A stretch of 40,298 nucleotides of DNA from Candidatus Abawacabacteria bacterium RBG_16_42_10 (GTDB lineage Bacteria; Patescibacteriota; Gracilibacteria; RBG-16-42-10), in assembly GCA_001773455.1 (NCBI GenBank), contig MEWR01000011.1, positions 26,323 to 66,620 on the forward strand. The letters are read 5' to 3'. Position numbers and translations under genes: made by a program. Within the stretch, counting starts at the first letter, position 1, and each line of letters opens with the position of its first letter. This document shows, one piece after another, positions 8,278 to 16,641 of the stretch. The notes below the pieces were generated by a model that did no database searches, had not been told where the DNA came from, and saw nothing but the letters and a program-made list of their open reading frames with translations.

Positions 8278-8538
8278 TCAATATATTTGATTGTGAGTGC
8301 CGATATCTAACATCAGTACAATCACATAGTTGTTATATTCCTCAAATATGATTCTCAGGTTTCCTGTCACTGATATTGCCCTCTTGCCCTTTAATCTGCC
8401 TGTTAATGGGTGGTTCCGTAATGAAGAATGGGTTGGTTCTTGAATGAATCTTGCAATAATAAATTTTGTTTTTTGTTTTAATTTCTCTGGTAGAAGTCTG
8501 AAGTGTTTCTCAAAGTTTTTGTGATAGCGGATTTGCAT
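8278..8538 (-). CDS. Type II toxin, YafQ/RelE family mRNA interferase
   Basis: 86 aa. Pattern MQIRYHKNFEKHFRLLP....LRNHPLTGRLKGKRAISVTGNLRIIF.....IGTHNQIY is typical of YafQ-type toxins. Confidence 0.8.
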   Translation of the reverse strand: MQIRYHKNFEKHFRLLPEKLKQKTKFIIARFIQEPTHSSLRNHPLTGRLKGKRAISVTGNLRIIFEEYNNYVIVLMLDIGTHNQIY

Positions 8539-8545
8539 TTATAGA

Positions 8546-8815
8546 TCAATCAAGATATTCAAGCGCTTCTTTGTGAGAGAGCGGTTTGGTTACATTTTTA
8601 CCCTTTTTTGCTTCTTCGGACGCTTTTAGAATGTTTCGTTCCTGTTCAAGTGTTAAACCATTTTCAGTAAGGAGTTGTAGGGGGATGCCATTCCTGATAG
8701 CTATTTGCTTAAGATACATCTTTATTGCTGCACTCATGTCCAATCCTAATTCATCTAGTACTTTCTTTGCCGTATTCTTGGTTTTTTCATCAATTCGGAT
8801 TTGAATCGTAGTCAT
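8546..8815 (-). CDS. Type II antitoxin, RelB/DinJ family
   Basis: 89 aa. IQIRIDEKTKNTAKKVLDELGLDMSAAIKMYLKQI is a ribbon-helix-helix DinJ signature. Directly upstream of the YafQ-like toxin. Confidence 0.8.
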   Translation of the reverse strand: MTTIQIRIDEKTKNTAKKVLDELGLDMSAAIKMYLKQIAIRNGIPLQLLTENGLTLEQERNILKASEEAKKGKNVTKPLSHKEALEYLD

Positions 8816-8837
8816 TGTAGAATGTTAATCTCCATTC

Positions 8838-8867
8838 ATTGTAGTGCTAAAGTAACTACAATGTCAA
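8838..8867 (-). promoter_or_regulatory. Candidate dinJ-yafQ promoter with inverted-repeat operator
   Basis: Minus strand: TTGACA (8867-8862), 18 nt, TACAAT (8843-8838). 9-bp inverted repeat CATTGTAGT (8837-8845) / ACTACAATG (8855-8863). A third CATTGTAG copy lies at 8813-8820 over the start codon. Confidence 0.55.
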
Positions 8868-8990
8868 TACAAGAAAAACAGGATCATGAAAATACTATAC
8901 TTCATGAAAAATGAAATAATTCTCTTTGACAAAAATTTACATAACAAGGAACAAGCATGTAACTGTGTTAGAATAGATGAGTAAAATTTT

Positions 8991-9440
8991 TTGGAGATGC
9001 GTGTAACAATCTTACGTGGTATTTCTGGTGCGGGAAAGACGACTTGGGTAAAAGATCATGTCGCAGATGCGGTTGTAGTCTCAGCAGATCATCATTTTAC
9101 GATCGATGGTGAATATAAGTTTGATCGATCTAAACTTCAGGAAAATCACAATAAGTGTTTCAAAAAATTTCTTGAGGCTATCTTGAAGTCTGAACTTTGG
9201 ATTATTGTTGATAATACCAATATTGAAACATGGGAATATGCTCCTTATGTTCTTGCAGCAAGGGCGTATGATTATGAAGTTGAATTAATAACCTTTATTT
9301 GTTCAGTTGAACTTTCTCAATCCAGAAAAGATCTTGTCCCCACAGAACAACTCCAAAACATGCAGAAAAGGCTTGATGAGGAAACAGAATATATGCCGCA
9401 ACGTTTCAGATCAATTCACCGAGTCATAAATATCTGTTGA
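8991..9440 (+). CDS. P-loop kinase, AAA_33 / polynucleotide-kinase-like
   Basis: Walker A GISGAGKT. C...L....WIIVDNTN resembles the PNKP/T4 Pnk kinase-domain pattern. Start is TTG 8991 or ATG 8997. An extended -10, TGtTAGAAT, lies at 8966-8974. Confidence 0.6.
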   Translation: MEMRVTILRGISGAGKTTWVKDHVADAVVVSADHHFTIDGEYKFDRSKLQENHNKCFKKFLEAILKSELWIIVDNTNIETWEYAPYVLAARAYDYEVELITFICSVELSQSRKDLVPTEQLQNMQKRLDEETEYMPQRFRSIHRVINIC

Positions 9441-9444
9441 TTTC

Positions 9445-9476
9445 AAAAAAGCCAACAGTCGTTGTGACGTGTTGGC
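9445..9476 (-). terminator. Rho-independent terminator (minus strand)
   Basis: Stem gccaaca (9451-9457) / tgttggc (9470-9476). On the minus strand it is followed by TTTTTT (complement of 9445-9450). Confidence 0.55.
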
Positions 9477-9500
9477 TCTAAAAAGAAACTTAGGGCACTG

Positions 9501-9584
9501 TTATCTTTTTTTCTTACCAGCTTTTTTCTTTGCCGGTTTCTTGGCCTTCTTTTTTGTTGCGGCCTTCTTTTTCTTTTTAGGCAT
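9501..9584 (-). CDS. Candidate 27-aa lysine-rich micro-ORF (MPKKKKKAATKKKAKKPAKKKAGKKKR)
   Basis: ATG (complement of 9582-9584) to TAA (complement of 9501-9503). Below the 60-aa cut-off of the ORF track. Lies between the ligD stop and the terminator at 9445-9476. The composition could also be chance in an A-rich spacer. Confidence 0.3.
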   Translation of the reverse strand: MPKKKKKAATKKKAKKPAKKKAGKKKR

Positions 9585-9672
9585 GTAAAAAGAGTTAAAA
9601 ATATTTGAACATTTTCATCTTATAGTATGTGAGAAAATTTTTAATATCTCAACCCAAATCCTCATAGACATC

Positions 9673-12048
9673 TTACTGTTTGATTTTCTTCCACTCTTTC
9701 TCCAGTTTCTTAAGTGCTTTCTCCATATCGATACCTTTACCTAAAACTTTTTTCCAAATATCACCGATTCTTTTTAGTCTTTTGAAAATTGTTTTGATGG
9801 TAAACTTTTTTGGATCCAAGCCGATTTTTACCTCTTGCCAATGCAGTGGAGTTGATACTGGTGCGCCGGGTCTTGGACGCGCTGAATAGGGTGCAACCAT
9901 ATTTTGTCCGCGTCGATTTTGTAAATAATCGAGATACACTTTTCTGTTTCTTTTTGCCGGCATTCTTTCGATGCTTGTTGTCTCAGGTAACTTTGCATGA
10001 ACAATAGTTACTAGTATTTTTGCAAACTCGATAACTTGTTTGGTGGAATACTTTGCTTCCATGGGTACATAAACATGAAGACCGGTCGCTCCCGATGTTT
10101 TGCAAAAACTTTTTATGCCTGCTGAATCTAAAACTTTTTTCACTGTAAGAGCAGTCTCAATCACTTTAGTGAAAGAAATATTGAGTGGATCAAGGTCAAA
10201 CAACAAATAATCTGGTTTATCAAGATGTTGTTGGCGACTATTCCAGGGATGAAATTCGATGCAACCTAAATTAGCCAAATAAAGGAGATCGTATTTATTC
10301 TGACAGAGAGCGAAATTAATTTCTTTGTTTTTGGATGTTGAGAAAATTTTTACTGTTTCCAAACCTTCGGGGATAATATTGATGTTCTTTTGGAAAAAGT
10401 TTTCGCCGGTAATGCCGTCGGGAAAACGATGTAAGGCTTGAGGACGATCTTTTAAGTATGGCAGTATAAATGGTGCGATCTTGTCATAATAGATAATCAA
10501 ATCTTGCTTGGTATATTTTTCTTGTGGCCAAAAGATTTTGTTGAGATGGGTAAATTGTGAATTTGTTTTATAATTTTTATTAACTGGAAATATATTTTTC
10601 TCTTTCGTTACTTCCATTGGATTTTTGTCTTCGCGAATACCGAGGAATACTGGATGACGCATCATGCCTTCCTGAGTCCACTCGGTAAAACGAATTTCAC
10701 AAACCACCTTGGGTTTCAGCCATTGTACCGGAGCATTTGTTACCGGTTCTCTCTTGAATGGACACTTCTTAGTGATCAGCGGTTTTAGCAGGGATTTAAT
10801 TTCTTTTAGTAAACTTTCGTTAAATCCTCCACCAGTGTGACCGATATAAATTAGCTTTCCTTTCTCATAGACTCCCAAAACCAAAGCACCGAATTCTTTC
10901 CTGCTCCCACGTGGTGCGGTAATGCCACATATTACTGCTTCTTGTTGCTGAAGATTTTTTATTTTGAGCCATGATTTGCTTCTTTCACCGATTTGATAGG
11001 TGCTGGCTCCATCTTTGGCCATAATACCTTCAATACCAGCCTCAACTGCGGTAGCGAAGAGTTCTTTGCCATGCTCAATAATGTGATCACTGTATTTGAC
11101 GCGAGCAAGTATTGGTAGAACATGTTTAAGAATTTTTTTTCTTTCCAGCAATGGCAAATTGCGCAAATCTTGTTTTTTGTATTCTAAAATATCGAAGACA
11201 TAATAAACCAGATTACCTTTGCCGGTTTTTTTGTAATTTTGAATTCGTTGAAAATCTGCACGACCATTTTCATCTAAAACCACTATTTCACCGTCCAGAA
11301 TCATTTCTTCGGATATCTTGGCTAATTCTTTGGCGATAGGTGGAAATTGTTGATTGAGTGATAAACCGTGCCGAGAAAGAAGTTCGACTTTAGTGTTTCT
11401 TATTTTACCAATAGCCCTATAGCCATCCCATTTAATTTCGAAAATCCAATCTGCCTGATCAAAGGGTTTATCAGCTAGATGCGCTAGCATCGGTTCAATT
11501 GGCGCAGAAAAGTTACTAAAAATCTTTACTTTGGGTTTTGTTGATGGTTTGGCACTGAAAATGTCAGACTTTTTTATCAGTAGCCAATTTTTAGATTTTT
11601 TCATTTGGATCAAAGCAAATTCACCATGCAGTTTTTTGCCATACAAAATAAAAGTTATATGGCCTTTCTTGAGCCCAACCAGAAGACTCTTTTCACTTTC
11701 CTTTCTATCATTGGTATTAATCGCTTCGTACGTGCCGTGATCCCATATCTTTACTTTACCCGCCCCATAATTTCCTTTGGGAATAGTACCTTTGAAAGTG
11801 GCATATGCTAGAGGATGATCTTCAACATGTACTGCTAATCTTTTTTCCTCCGGATTTGTTGAGGGTCCTTTCGGTACTGCCCAACTTTTCAATACTCCAT
11901 CCACCTCGAGACGAAGATCATAATGCAAATGCGAAGCATGATGTTCATGCACTACAAATTTCAAAGTTCCTTTGCCTGGGATTTTTTTGCCCTGAGGTTC
12001 TGGAGTGCGAAGAAATGTTCTTTTCTTTTGATAAATCTTGAGGGACAC
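9673..12048 (-). CDS. ligD: Multifunctional NHEJ ligase LigD (phosphoesterase + ATP-dependent ligase + primase-polymerase)
   Basis: N-terminal PE motif FVVHEHHASHLHYDLRLE..VLKSWAVPKGPS. Ligase adenylation motif EIKWDGYR. C-terminal AEP motifs FDLDP and KTSGATGLHVYVP. GTG start. Confidence 0.9.
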   Translation of the reverse strand: MSLKIYQKKRTFLRTPEPQGKKIPGKGTLKFVVHEHHASHLHYDLRLEVDGVLKSWAVPKGPSTNPEEKRLAVHVEDHPLAYATFKGTIPKGNYGAGKVKIWDHGTYEAINTNDRKESEKSLLVGLKKGHITFILYGKKLHGEFALIQMKKSKNWLLIKKSDIFSAKPSTKPKVKIFSNFSAPIEPMLAHLADKPFDQADWIFEIKWDGYRAIGKIRNTKVELLSRHGLSLNQQFPPIAKELAKISEEMILDGEIVVLDENGRADFQRIQNYKKTGKGNLVYYVFDILEYKKQDLRNLPLLERKKILKHVLPILARVKYSDHIIEHGKELFATAVEAGIEGIMAKDGASTYQIGERSKSWLKIKNLQQQEAVICGITAPRGSRKEFGALVLGVYEKGKLIYIGHTGGGFNESLLKEIKSLLKPLITKKCPFKREPVTNAPVQWLKPKVVCEIRFTEWTQEGMMRHPVFLGIREDKNPMEVTKEKNIFPVNKNYKTNSQFTHLNKIFWPQEKYTKQDLIIYYDKIAPFILPYLKDRPQALHRFPDGITGENFFQKNINIIPEGLETVKIFSTSKNKEINFALCQNKYDLLYLANLGCIEFHPWNSRQQHLDKPDYLLFDLDPLNISFTKVIETALTVKKVLDSAGIKSFCKTSGATGLHVYVPMEAKYSTKQVIEFAKILVTIVHAKLPETTSIERMPAKRNRKVYLDYLQNRRGQNMVAPYSARPRPGAPVSTPLHWQEVKIGLDPKKFTIKTIFKRLKRIGDIWKKVLGKGIDMEKALKKLEKEWKKIKQ

Positions 12049-12057
12049 AAAGTCGAT

Positions 12058-12849
12058 TTAATGTATGTGTGAGGTCTTCCTGTGGGCTTTGTGCAAACTC
12101 TTTCGTAACGCCGCTAACAAATCAGGAACCTGAGTTGCAGAAACTTCTTTCATTTTTGGTATATGCATTTTTTTACCTTTCCTTTTGTTCTCAATTACTT
12201 TCTCAAGTTTTTCAGTATGGGTATCATGATATTTTTCAGGATCGAAATGTACTGAAAGTTTGTCGATGAGCTCTATCGCCATTGCCAATTCACGACCTGG
12301 TACTGGTGTTTTCTTGGGCAAACTCTCTTTGGGCGGATGTCGTAATTCTCCCGAGAGTCTTAATGTGTTCAAAACCAAAATACCTTTTTCGGCCTTAAGG
12401 GCGACGAGGTGTTCTTTTTTTTGGAAAACAAATTTACCTAAGCCGATCTTTCCTGTCTTTTTTAATGCTTCAAGTAAAAAATTGTATATACGATCAGATT
12501 TCTGATCTGGGCCAATGTAATATGGCTTCATATACAGCATTGGATCGATTTCTTTTTCATCCACGAAATCTTCTATGGCAATAACTTCAGATCTCTTTAA
12601 GGCTGCATGACGGAAATCCTCATCACTGAGTATCACAAAGTCACCCTTGTCATATTCATAGCCACGTACGATTTCCGGCCAGGAAACTTCTTCACCGGTT
12701 GCTTTGCATACTTTTACATAGCCAATAGGACAAAGATCTTTTTTACGGACATATTGAAACTTTGGTGTATTTTCTCTGGTTGCCGAATACAGTGTAACCG
12801 GAATATGGATAAGACCGAAACTGATTGCACCCGACCAAATGGAACTCAT
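12058..12849 (-). CDS. ku: Ku DNA end-binding protein
   Basis: MSSIWSGAISFGLIHIPVTLYSATRE is the canonical bacterial Ku N-terminus. 263 aa. Ends 9 nt upstream of ligD. Confidence 0.9.
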   Translation of the reverse strand: MSSIWSGAISFGLIHIPVTLYSATRENTPKFQYVRKKDLCPIGYVKVCKATGEEVSWPEIVRGYEYDKGDFVILSDEDFRHAALKRSEVIAIEDFVDEKEIDPMLYMKPYYIGPDQKSDRIYNFLLEALKKTGKIGLGKFVFQKKEHLVALKAEKGILVLNTLRLSGELRHPPKESLPKKTPVPGRELAMAIELIDKLSVHFDPEKYHDTHTEKLEKVIENKRKGKKMHIPKMKEVSATQVPDLLAALRKSLHKAHRKTSHIH

Positions 12850-13085
12850 ATATTTTTGCTTTTTGATATTCTTATCATTATATCACGAGATTGATCTTGG
12901 GAGTATTTAAAAAATATGTTAAAAAATGTGCAGAAATCTGCATTATGGACATGGCACAAAAATACAATCATGAATATGTTGATTGGCTGAGGTCGCTCCC
13001 GATGAAATTACTCGTGTATACCGTGGCACTGTTCAGGAGTAACAAACTGCACAAAATTTACCTGTGGAGTAAATGTACCGAAAAG

Positions 13086-13094
13086 TGTTATAAT
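13086..13094 (+). promoter_or_regulatory. Candidate extended -10 promoter (TGtTATAAT)
   Basis: tgttataat lies 25 nt upstream of ATG 13120. There is no good -35. Confidence 0.4.
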
Positions 13095-13119
13095 GGTATG
13101 AAGCTAAAAATAAAACTCT

Positions 13120-13590
13120 ATGTCAAAACCAAAAATAAGTTACAAGAAAGTGGGGTATTCTCGAACATCACAACCGAGCGTTCGTGCTGTAAGAAATATT
13201 GATAAAAGCCATTTGACCGAAGGGCTCAGTAGAACTGAAAAAGACACAAATGCTGCTCCAAAAGATTTCTCCGCATTGGTCGCCAAAATCAATGGGGTTC
13301 TCGAAAATGGTGAATACTCACAAGAATTAGTGGAAGCAGATACTATGCATATAGTGAAGCTTTTGGGTGTGAAGGACTGTAAGGCTATGGGAGACAATGC
13401 GCGTCTTACTATTGAGATGGAAGTCATGAAAAAGGGACCTAAGCATCCGGAAACTATGAAGGTAAAGACAATGATATTTATGCTGACTTGTAATCCTGAT
13501 ACAGCTGCAGTTTCCACCGATTATAAGGGTGATCATGGTGCGCTTATTGAGAAATTTGTTGCATCCGTGAGAAATGTACTCAAAAAATAA
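13120..13590 (+). CDS. Hypothetical protein, first gene of the subtilase operon
   Basis: 156-aa ORF ending 6 nt before the subtilase start. No recognisable family. An antisense ORF at 13140..13517 overlaps it. Confidence 0.45.
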   Translation: MSKPKISYKKVGYSRTSQPSVRAVRNIDKSHLTEGLSRTEKDTNAAPKDFSALVAKINGVLENGEYSQELVEADTMHIVKLLGVKDCKAMGDNARLTIEMEVMKKGPKHPETMKVKTMIFMLTCNPDTAAVSTDYKGDHGALIEKFVASVRNVLKK

Positions 13591-13596
13591 AAAAAT

Positions 13597-14931
13597 ATGT
13601 CCAAAAATAAATTTTCTGGGTATTTACTGGGTGGTGTGATACTCGTTTGTGCCTTTTTGGTTGGTATGATCTATTTGGATGCGATACAAGGTTTGGGTTT
13701 GGCAACAGTAATTAATAATGATATCGGTTCTCTTGTTGATGCGCAGGGAGTTTCTGATCGTGCCATTCCCGGTCAGTACATTGTGGTACTCAAAGAAGAT
13801 GCTGGGACTATGGTATATGCACAGAGTGTTGCTGATACCTATAAAGTATCTCCTTCATTTACATACACCAAAGCAATCAATGGTTTTGCTGCGAGCCTTA
13901 CACAAACAAACCTCAGTAAAGTAAAGAGTGATCCTCGAGTTGCCTATATTGCTCAAGATCGAACGGTCAAAGTGTCTAGCCATGCAAGGAAAACAGTGAA
14001 TGTGTCTACTGTTTCAAAGCAAACACTTCCTACTGGGGTTGATCGGATTAATGCGGAGAACAAAACAAACAAAGGCAAAGATGTAAACATTGCTATTCTC
14101 GACACTGGTATTGATTTCAATCATCCCGATCTCAAAGCTAATATTGCCGGTGGTAAAAATTGTTCTACCGGCACAACATACAATGACGGTCACGGTCATG
14201 GCACTCATGTTGCTGGTACTGTGGCTGCTCTCGACAACACTATCGGTGTGGTGGGTGTGGCTCCCGAAACGAAATTGTGGGCTGTGCGTGTGCTGAATAA
14301 TAACGGCACAGGTAGTTGGTCATCGCTGATATGTGGTATAGATTTTGTCACATCAAAAGCGCCTAAAAATGGAGGGAAAATTACTCTCGCAAATATGAGC
14401 CTCGGTGGCTCTGGTACGAGCGACAATAATTGTGGGAAAACGAATAATGATCCACTTCATCAGGCAATTTGTCGTTCTCGGGATGCCGGTGTGACATATG
14501 TAGTGTCTGCAGGCAACGAAGGTGTGGATGTGAGTCGATCTGTGCCGGCGGCATATGATGATGCTGTCATAACTGTTTCTGCTCTTGCAGATTCTGACGG
14601 TAAGTCAGGAGGGACAGGTCCTAAAACAAGTTATGCCCCCGATGACACATTTCCATCGTTCAGTAACTACGGAAAGACAGTTGATCTTGCTGCTCCGGGA
14701 GTAAGAATAAATTCCACATGGAAAGGAGGAGGGTTGCGTGCCTTAAATGGTACAAGCATGTCTACTGCTCATGTTACCGGTGTTGCCGCGCTGTATGTCA
14801 AAAACAATCCTGGCAGTACATGGAAACAGGTCCGCGATGCTTTGATTTCTCTTGGTGAAAAACTCAATGATGGTCATAAGGATCCATCAGGAAAACATCC
14901 AGAGCCGGTAGTAAGAGCGGATACTCTGTAA
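13597..14931 (+). CDS. Subtilisin-like serine protease (S8) with I9 propeptide, paralog 1
   Basis: N-terminal TM/signal segment. I9-like IPGQYIVVLKED...INGFAASL. Catalytic Asp AILDTGID, His HGHGTHVAGT, Ser GTSMSTAHVTG. Confidence 0.9.
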   Translation: MSKNKFSGYLLGGVILVCAFLVGMIYLDAIQGLGLATVINNDIGSLVDAQGVSDRAIPGQYIVVLKEDAGTMVYAQSVADTYKVSPSFTYTKAINGFAASLTQTNLSKVKSDPRVAYIAQDRTVKVSSHARKTVNVSTVSKQTLPTGVDRINAENKTNKGKDVNIAILDTGIDFNHPDLKANIAGGKNCSTGTTYNDGHGHGTHVAGTVAALDNTIGVVGVAPETKLWAVRVLNNNGTGSWSSLICGIDFVTSKAPKNGGKITLANMSLGGSGTSDNNCGKTNNDPLHQAICRSRDAGVTYVVSAGNEGVDVSRSVPAAYDDAVITVSALADSDGKSGGTGPKTSYAPDDTFPSFSNYGKTVDLAAPGVRINSTWKGGGLRALNGTSMSTAHVTGVAALYVKNNPGSTWKQVRDALISLGEKLNDGHKDPSGKHPEPVVRADTL

Positions 14932-14933
14932 AA

Positions 14934-15071
14934 AACTCAGGTGATGAAAGGCGATAAGAAAACTCAGGTGATGAAAGGTGATAAAAGGTGAAAAGGGTAA
15001 ATCCTCCCACCTGCATAGCTCACTATTCACCTGCATTTATGCGAACTCAGGTGATAAAGGGCGATAGATGT
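14934..15071. repeat. CAGGTG/CACCTG repeat module A (3 direct units + 2 inverted half-sites)
   Basis: AACTCAGGTGATGAAAGG(C/T)GATA units start at 14934, 14961 and 15044. CACCTGCAT occurs at 15008-15016 and 15028-15036. Confidence 0.7.
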
Positions 15072-15079
15072 GGTACAAT
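15071..15079 (+). promoter_or_regulatory. Candidate extended -10 (TGgTACAAT) for subtilase paralog 2
   Basis: tggtacaat lies 24 nt before ATG 15103. Repeat unit 3 (15044-15068) covers the -35 region. Confidence 0.4.
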
Positions 15080-15102
15080 TTAACGATGCTAACAAAAATA
15101 AA

Positions 15103-16524
15103 ATGCACAAACACAAAATAAAACTTTACAGTGTTTCTGGTATATTTGCTCTCTTTGGTGGACTTTCCGGTGCCTACTATGGTGATGATTTGGGACGAGG
15201 ACTGTATGCCATGTTGGGTGCAGAAAACTCACAGAATTCTGATATGAGTGTGGTCAGCCAAGCGGCATCAGAAAAAGATCGTGTCCCCGGACAATATATT
15301 GTTGTTTTCAAAGATGATGCCGGGCAAAATGCCTCTGCTCAAAGCTTTGTTGAATCATATAGTGTGGAAACTACTCACACATATAGCAAAGTTTTCAAAG
15401 GTATGGCTGCACGTATGTCTACTGCTTCCTTGGCCAAAGTTCTGAGCGATCCACGAGTAGCATATGTTGTCGAAGACAGAATAGTAAAAATGAGCAGTAC
15501 AACTAAAAAGCCTAGTACCACCAAATCTACTCCCACCCTCATCTCTAAACCTACCGCTACTCCTAAATCCACTTCTTCTACTGCAAGGCCCGCCCCACAA
15601 GCAAAAAATAAGCAAACACTTCCCACAGGTATCGATCGTATCAATGCCGAAAAGAAAATAAATACCGGAGCAGATATCAATGTTGCTGTTGTGGATACAG
15701 GCATCGATTTGAATCATCCCGATCTCAAAGCTAATATTGCCGGTGGTAAAAATTGTTCTACCGGCACAACATACAATGACGGTCACGGTCATGGCACTCA
15801 TGTTGCGGGAACCATTGCTGCACTGGATAACCTATCTGGTGTTGTCGGTGTCGCACCCAATGCAAAACTCTGGGCTGTGCGTGTGCTGGATAATAATGGT
15901 TCAGGCACGTGGTCTTCAGTGATTTGTGGTATTGATTTCATTACTTCCAATGCTCCCGCAAATGGAGGGAAAATTACTCTCGCAAATATGAGCCTCGGTG
16001 GCTCTGGTACGAGTGATAACAATTGCGGAAATACAAATAATGACCCATTTCACAAGGCTATTTGTCGCTCTCGTGATGCCGGTGTGACATATATCGTTGC
16101 AGCCGGTAATTCTGGGACGGATGCAAGTCTTTCAGTGCCTGCTTCGTATGATGATGCTGTAATCACTGTTTCCGCTTTGGCAGATAGTGACGGAAAGGCT
16201 GGAGGAACCGGAAAAGAGGTAAGTGGTTATAAGGATGATACCTTCCCAATATTCAGTAATTTTGGCAAAGTCGTAGATATTGCAGCTCCAGGAGTAAATA
16301 TTCTTTCGACCACAAAGGGTGGCGGTACGAAGTCTCTCACAGGTACAAGCATGGCAACTCCCCATGTGACAGGTGCTGCTGCACTATATTTAAAAACTAA
16401 TCCGGGCAGTTCCTGGACTCAGATTAAAGATGCATTGATCTCTTTAGCTGAAAAACTTGGCGCTGGCCATACCGATCCATCGGGAAAACATCCAGAGCCA
16501 GTTGTAAGAGCAGACACACTGTAG
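15103..16524 (+). CDS. Subtilisin-like serine protease (S8) with I9 propeptide and S/T/P-rich linker, paralog 2
   Basis: Same D/H/S motifs (VVDTGID, HGHGTHVAGT, GTSMATPHVTG). Linker SSTTKKPSTTKSTPTLISKPTATPKSTSST. Start taken at ATG 15103 (MHKHKIKLYSVSGIFALFGG); the track uses GTG 15070. Confidence 0.9.
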   Translation: MHKHKIKLYSVSGIFALFGGLSGAYYGDDLGRGLYAMLGAENSQNSDMSVVSQAASEKDRVPGQYIVVFKDDAGQNASAQSFVESYSVETTHTYSKVFKGMAARMSTASLAKVLSDPRVAYVVEDRIVKMSSTTKKPSTTKSTPTLISKPTATPKSTSSTARPAPQAKNKQTLPTGIDRINAEKKINTGADINVAVVDTGIDLNHPDLKANIAGGKNCSTGTTYNDGHGHGTHVAGTIAALDNLSGVVGVAPNAKLWAVRVLDNNGSGTWSSVICGIDFITSNAPANGGKITLANMSLGGSGTSDNNCGNTNNDPFHKAICRSRDAGVTYIVAAGNSGTDASLSVPASYDDAVITVSALADSDGKAGGTGKEVSGYKDDTFPIFSNFGKVVDIAAPGVNILSTTKGGGTKSLTGTSMATPHVTGAAALYLKTNPGSSWTQIKDALISLAEKLGAGHTDPSGKHPEPVVRADTL

Positions 16525-16537
16525 ATTAAGACAAATA

Positions 16538-16641
16538 TTCACCTGCGTTCATAAAAACTCAGGTGATAAAAGGTGCTAAAACAGGTGAGGAGGCTCAGCC
16601 TTACCACCTGCGAAGCTCACCTTTCACCTGCATTTATTTGA
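16538..16641. repeat. CAGGTG/CACCTG repeat module B; includes the likely terminator shared with convergent rpmG
   Basis: Unit AACTCAGGTGATAAAAGGTG at 16556. CACCTGCG at 16540 and 16605. CACCTGCAT at 16625. Hairpin CAGGTGAGGAGGCTCAGCCTTACCACCTG at 16582-16610. The ~37-nt 3' part is homologous to 15004-15040. Confidence 0.65.

Noticed and set aside
12929-12944. Palindrome TGCAGAAATCTGCA ~85 nt upstream of ku as a LexA/SOS-type operator.
   Set aside because: It does not match any LexA box consensus I know (CTGT-N8-ACAG or CGAAC-N4-GTTCG). It is a single short palindrome in an AT-rich spacer, so evidence is insufficient.
12891-13202. 103-aa plus-strand ORF in the ku / subtilase-operon spacer.
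   Set aside because: It overlaps the better 13120..13590 ORF out of frame. It spans the predicted promoter (TGtTATAAT at 13086-13094). Its sequence is Cys/Lys-rich and not protein-like.
13140-13517. 125-aa minus-strand ORF opposite 13120..13590.
   Set aside because: The plus-strand ORF is longer, is preceded by a promoter-like element and ends 6 nt before the subtilase start, fitting operon context. Neither ORF has a recognisable family, so confidence stays moderate.
14749-14781. Subtilase paralog 1 as an inactive pseudo-protease, because the Ser motif reads GTSMSTAHV rather than GTSMATPHV.
   Set aside because: The catalytic Ser, His and Asp are all present. The Pro-to-Ala change near the Ser is not known to abolish activity. 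No frameshifts or stops are present.
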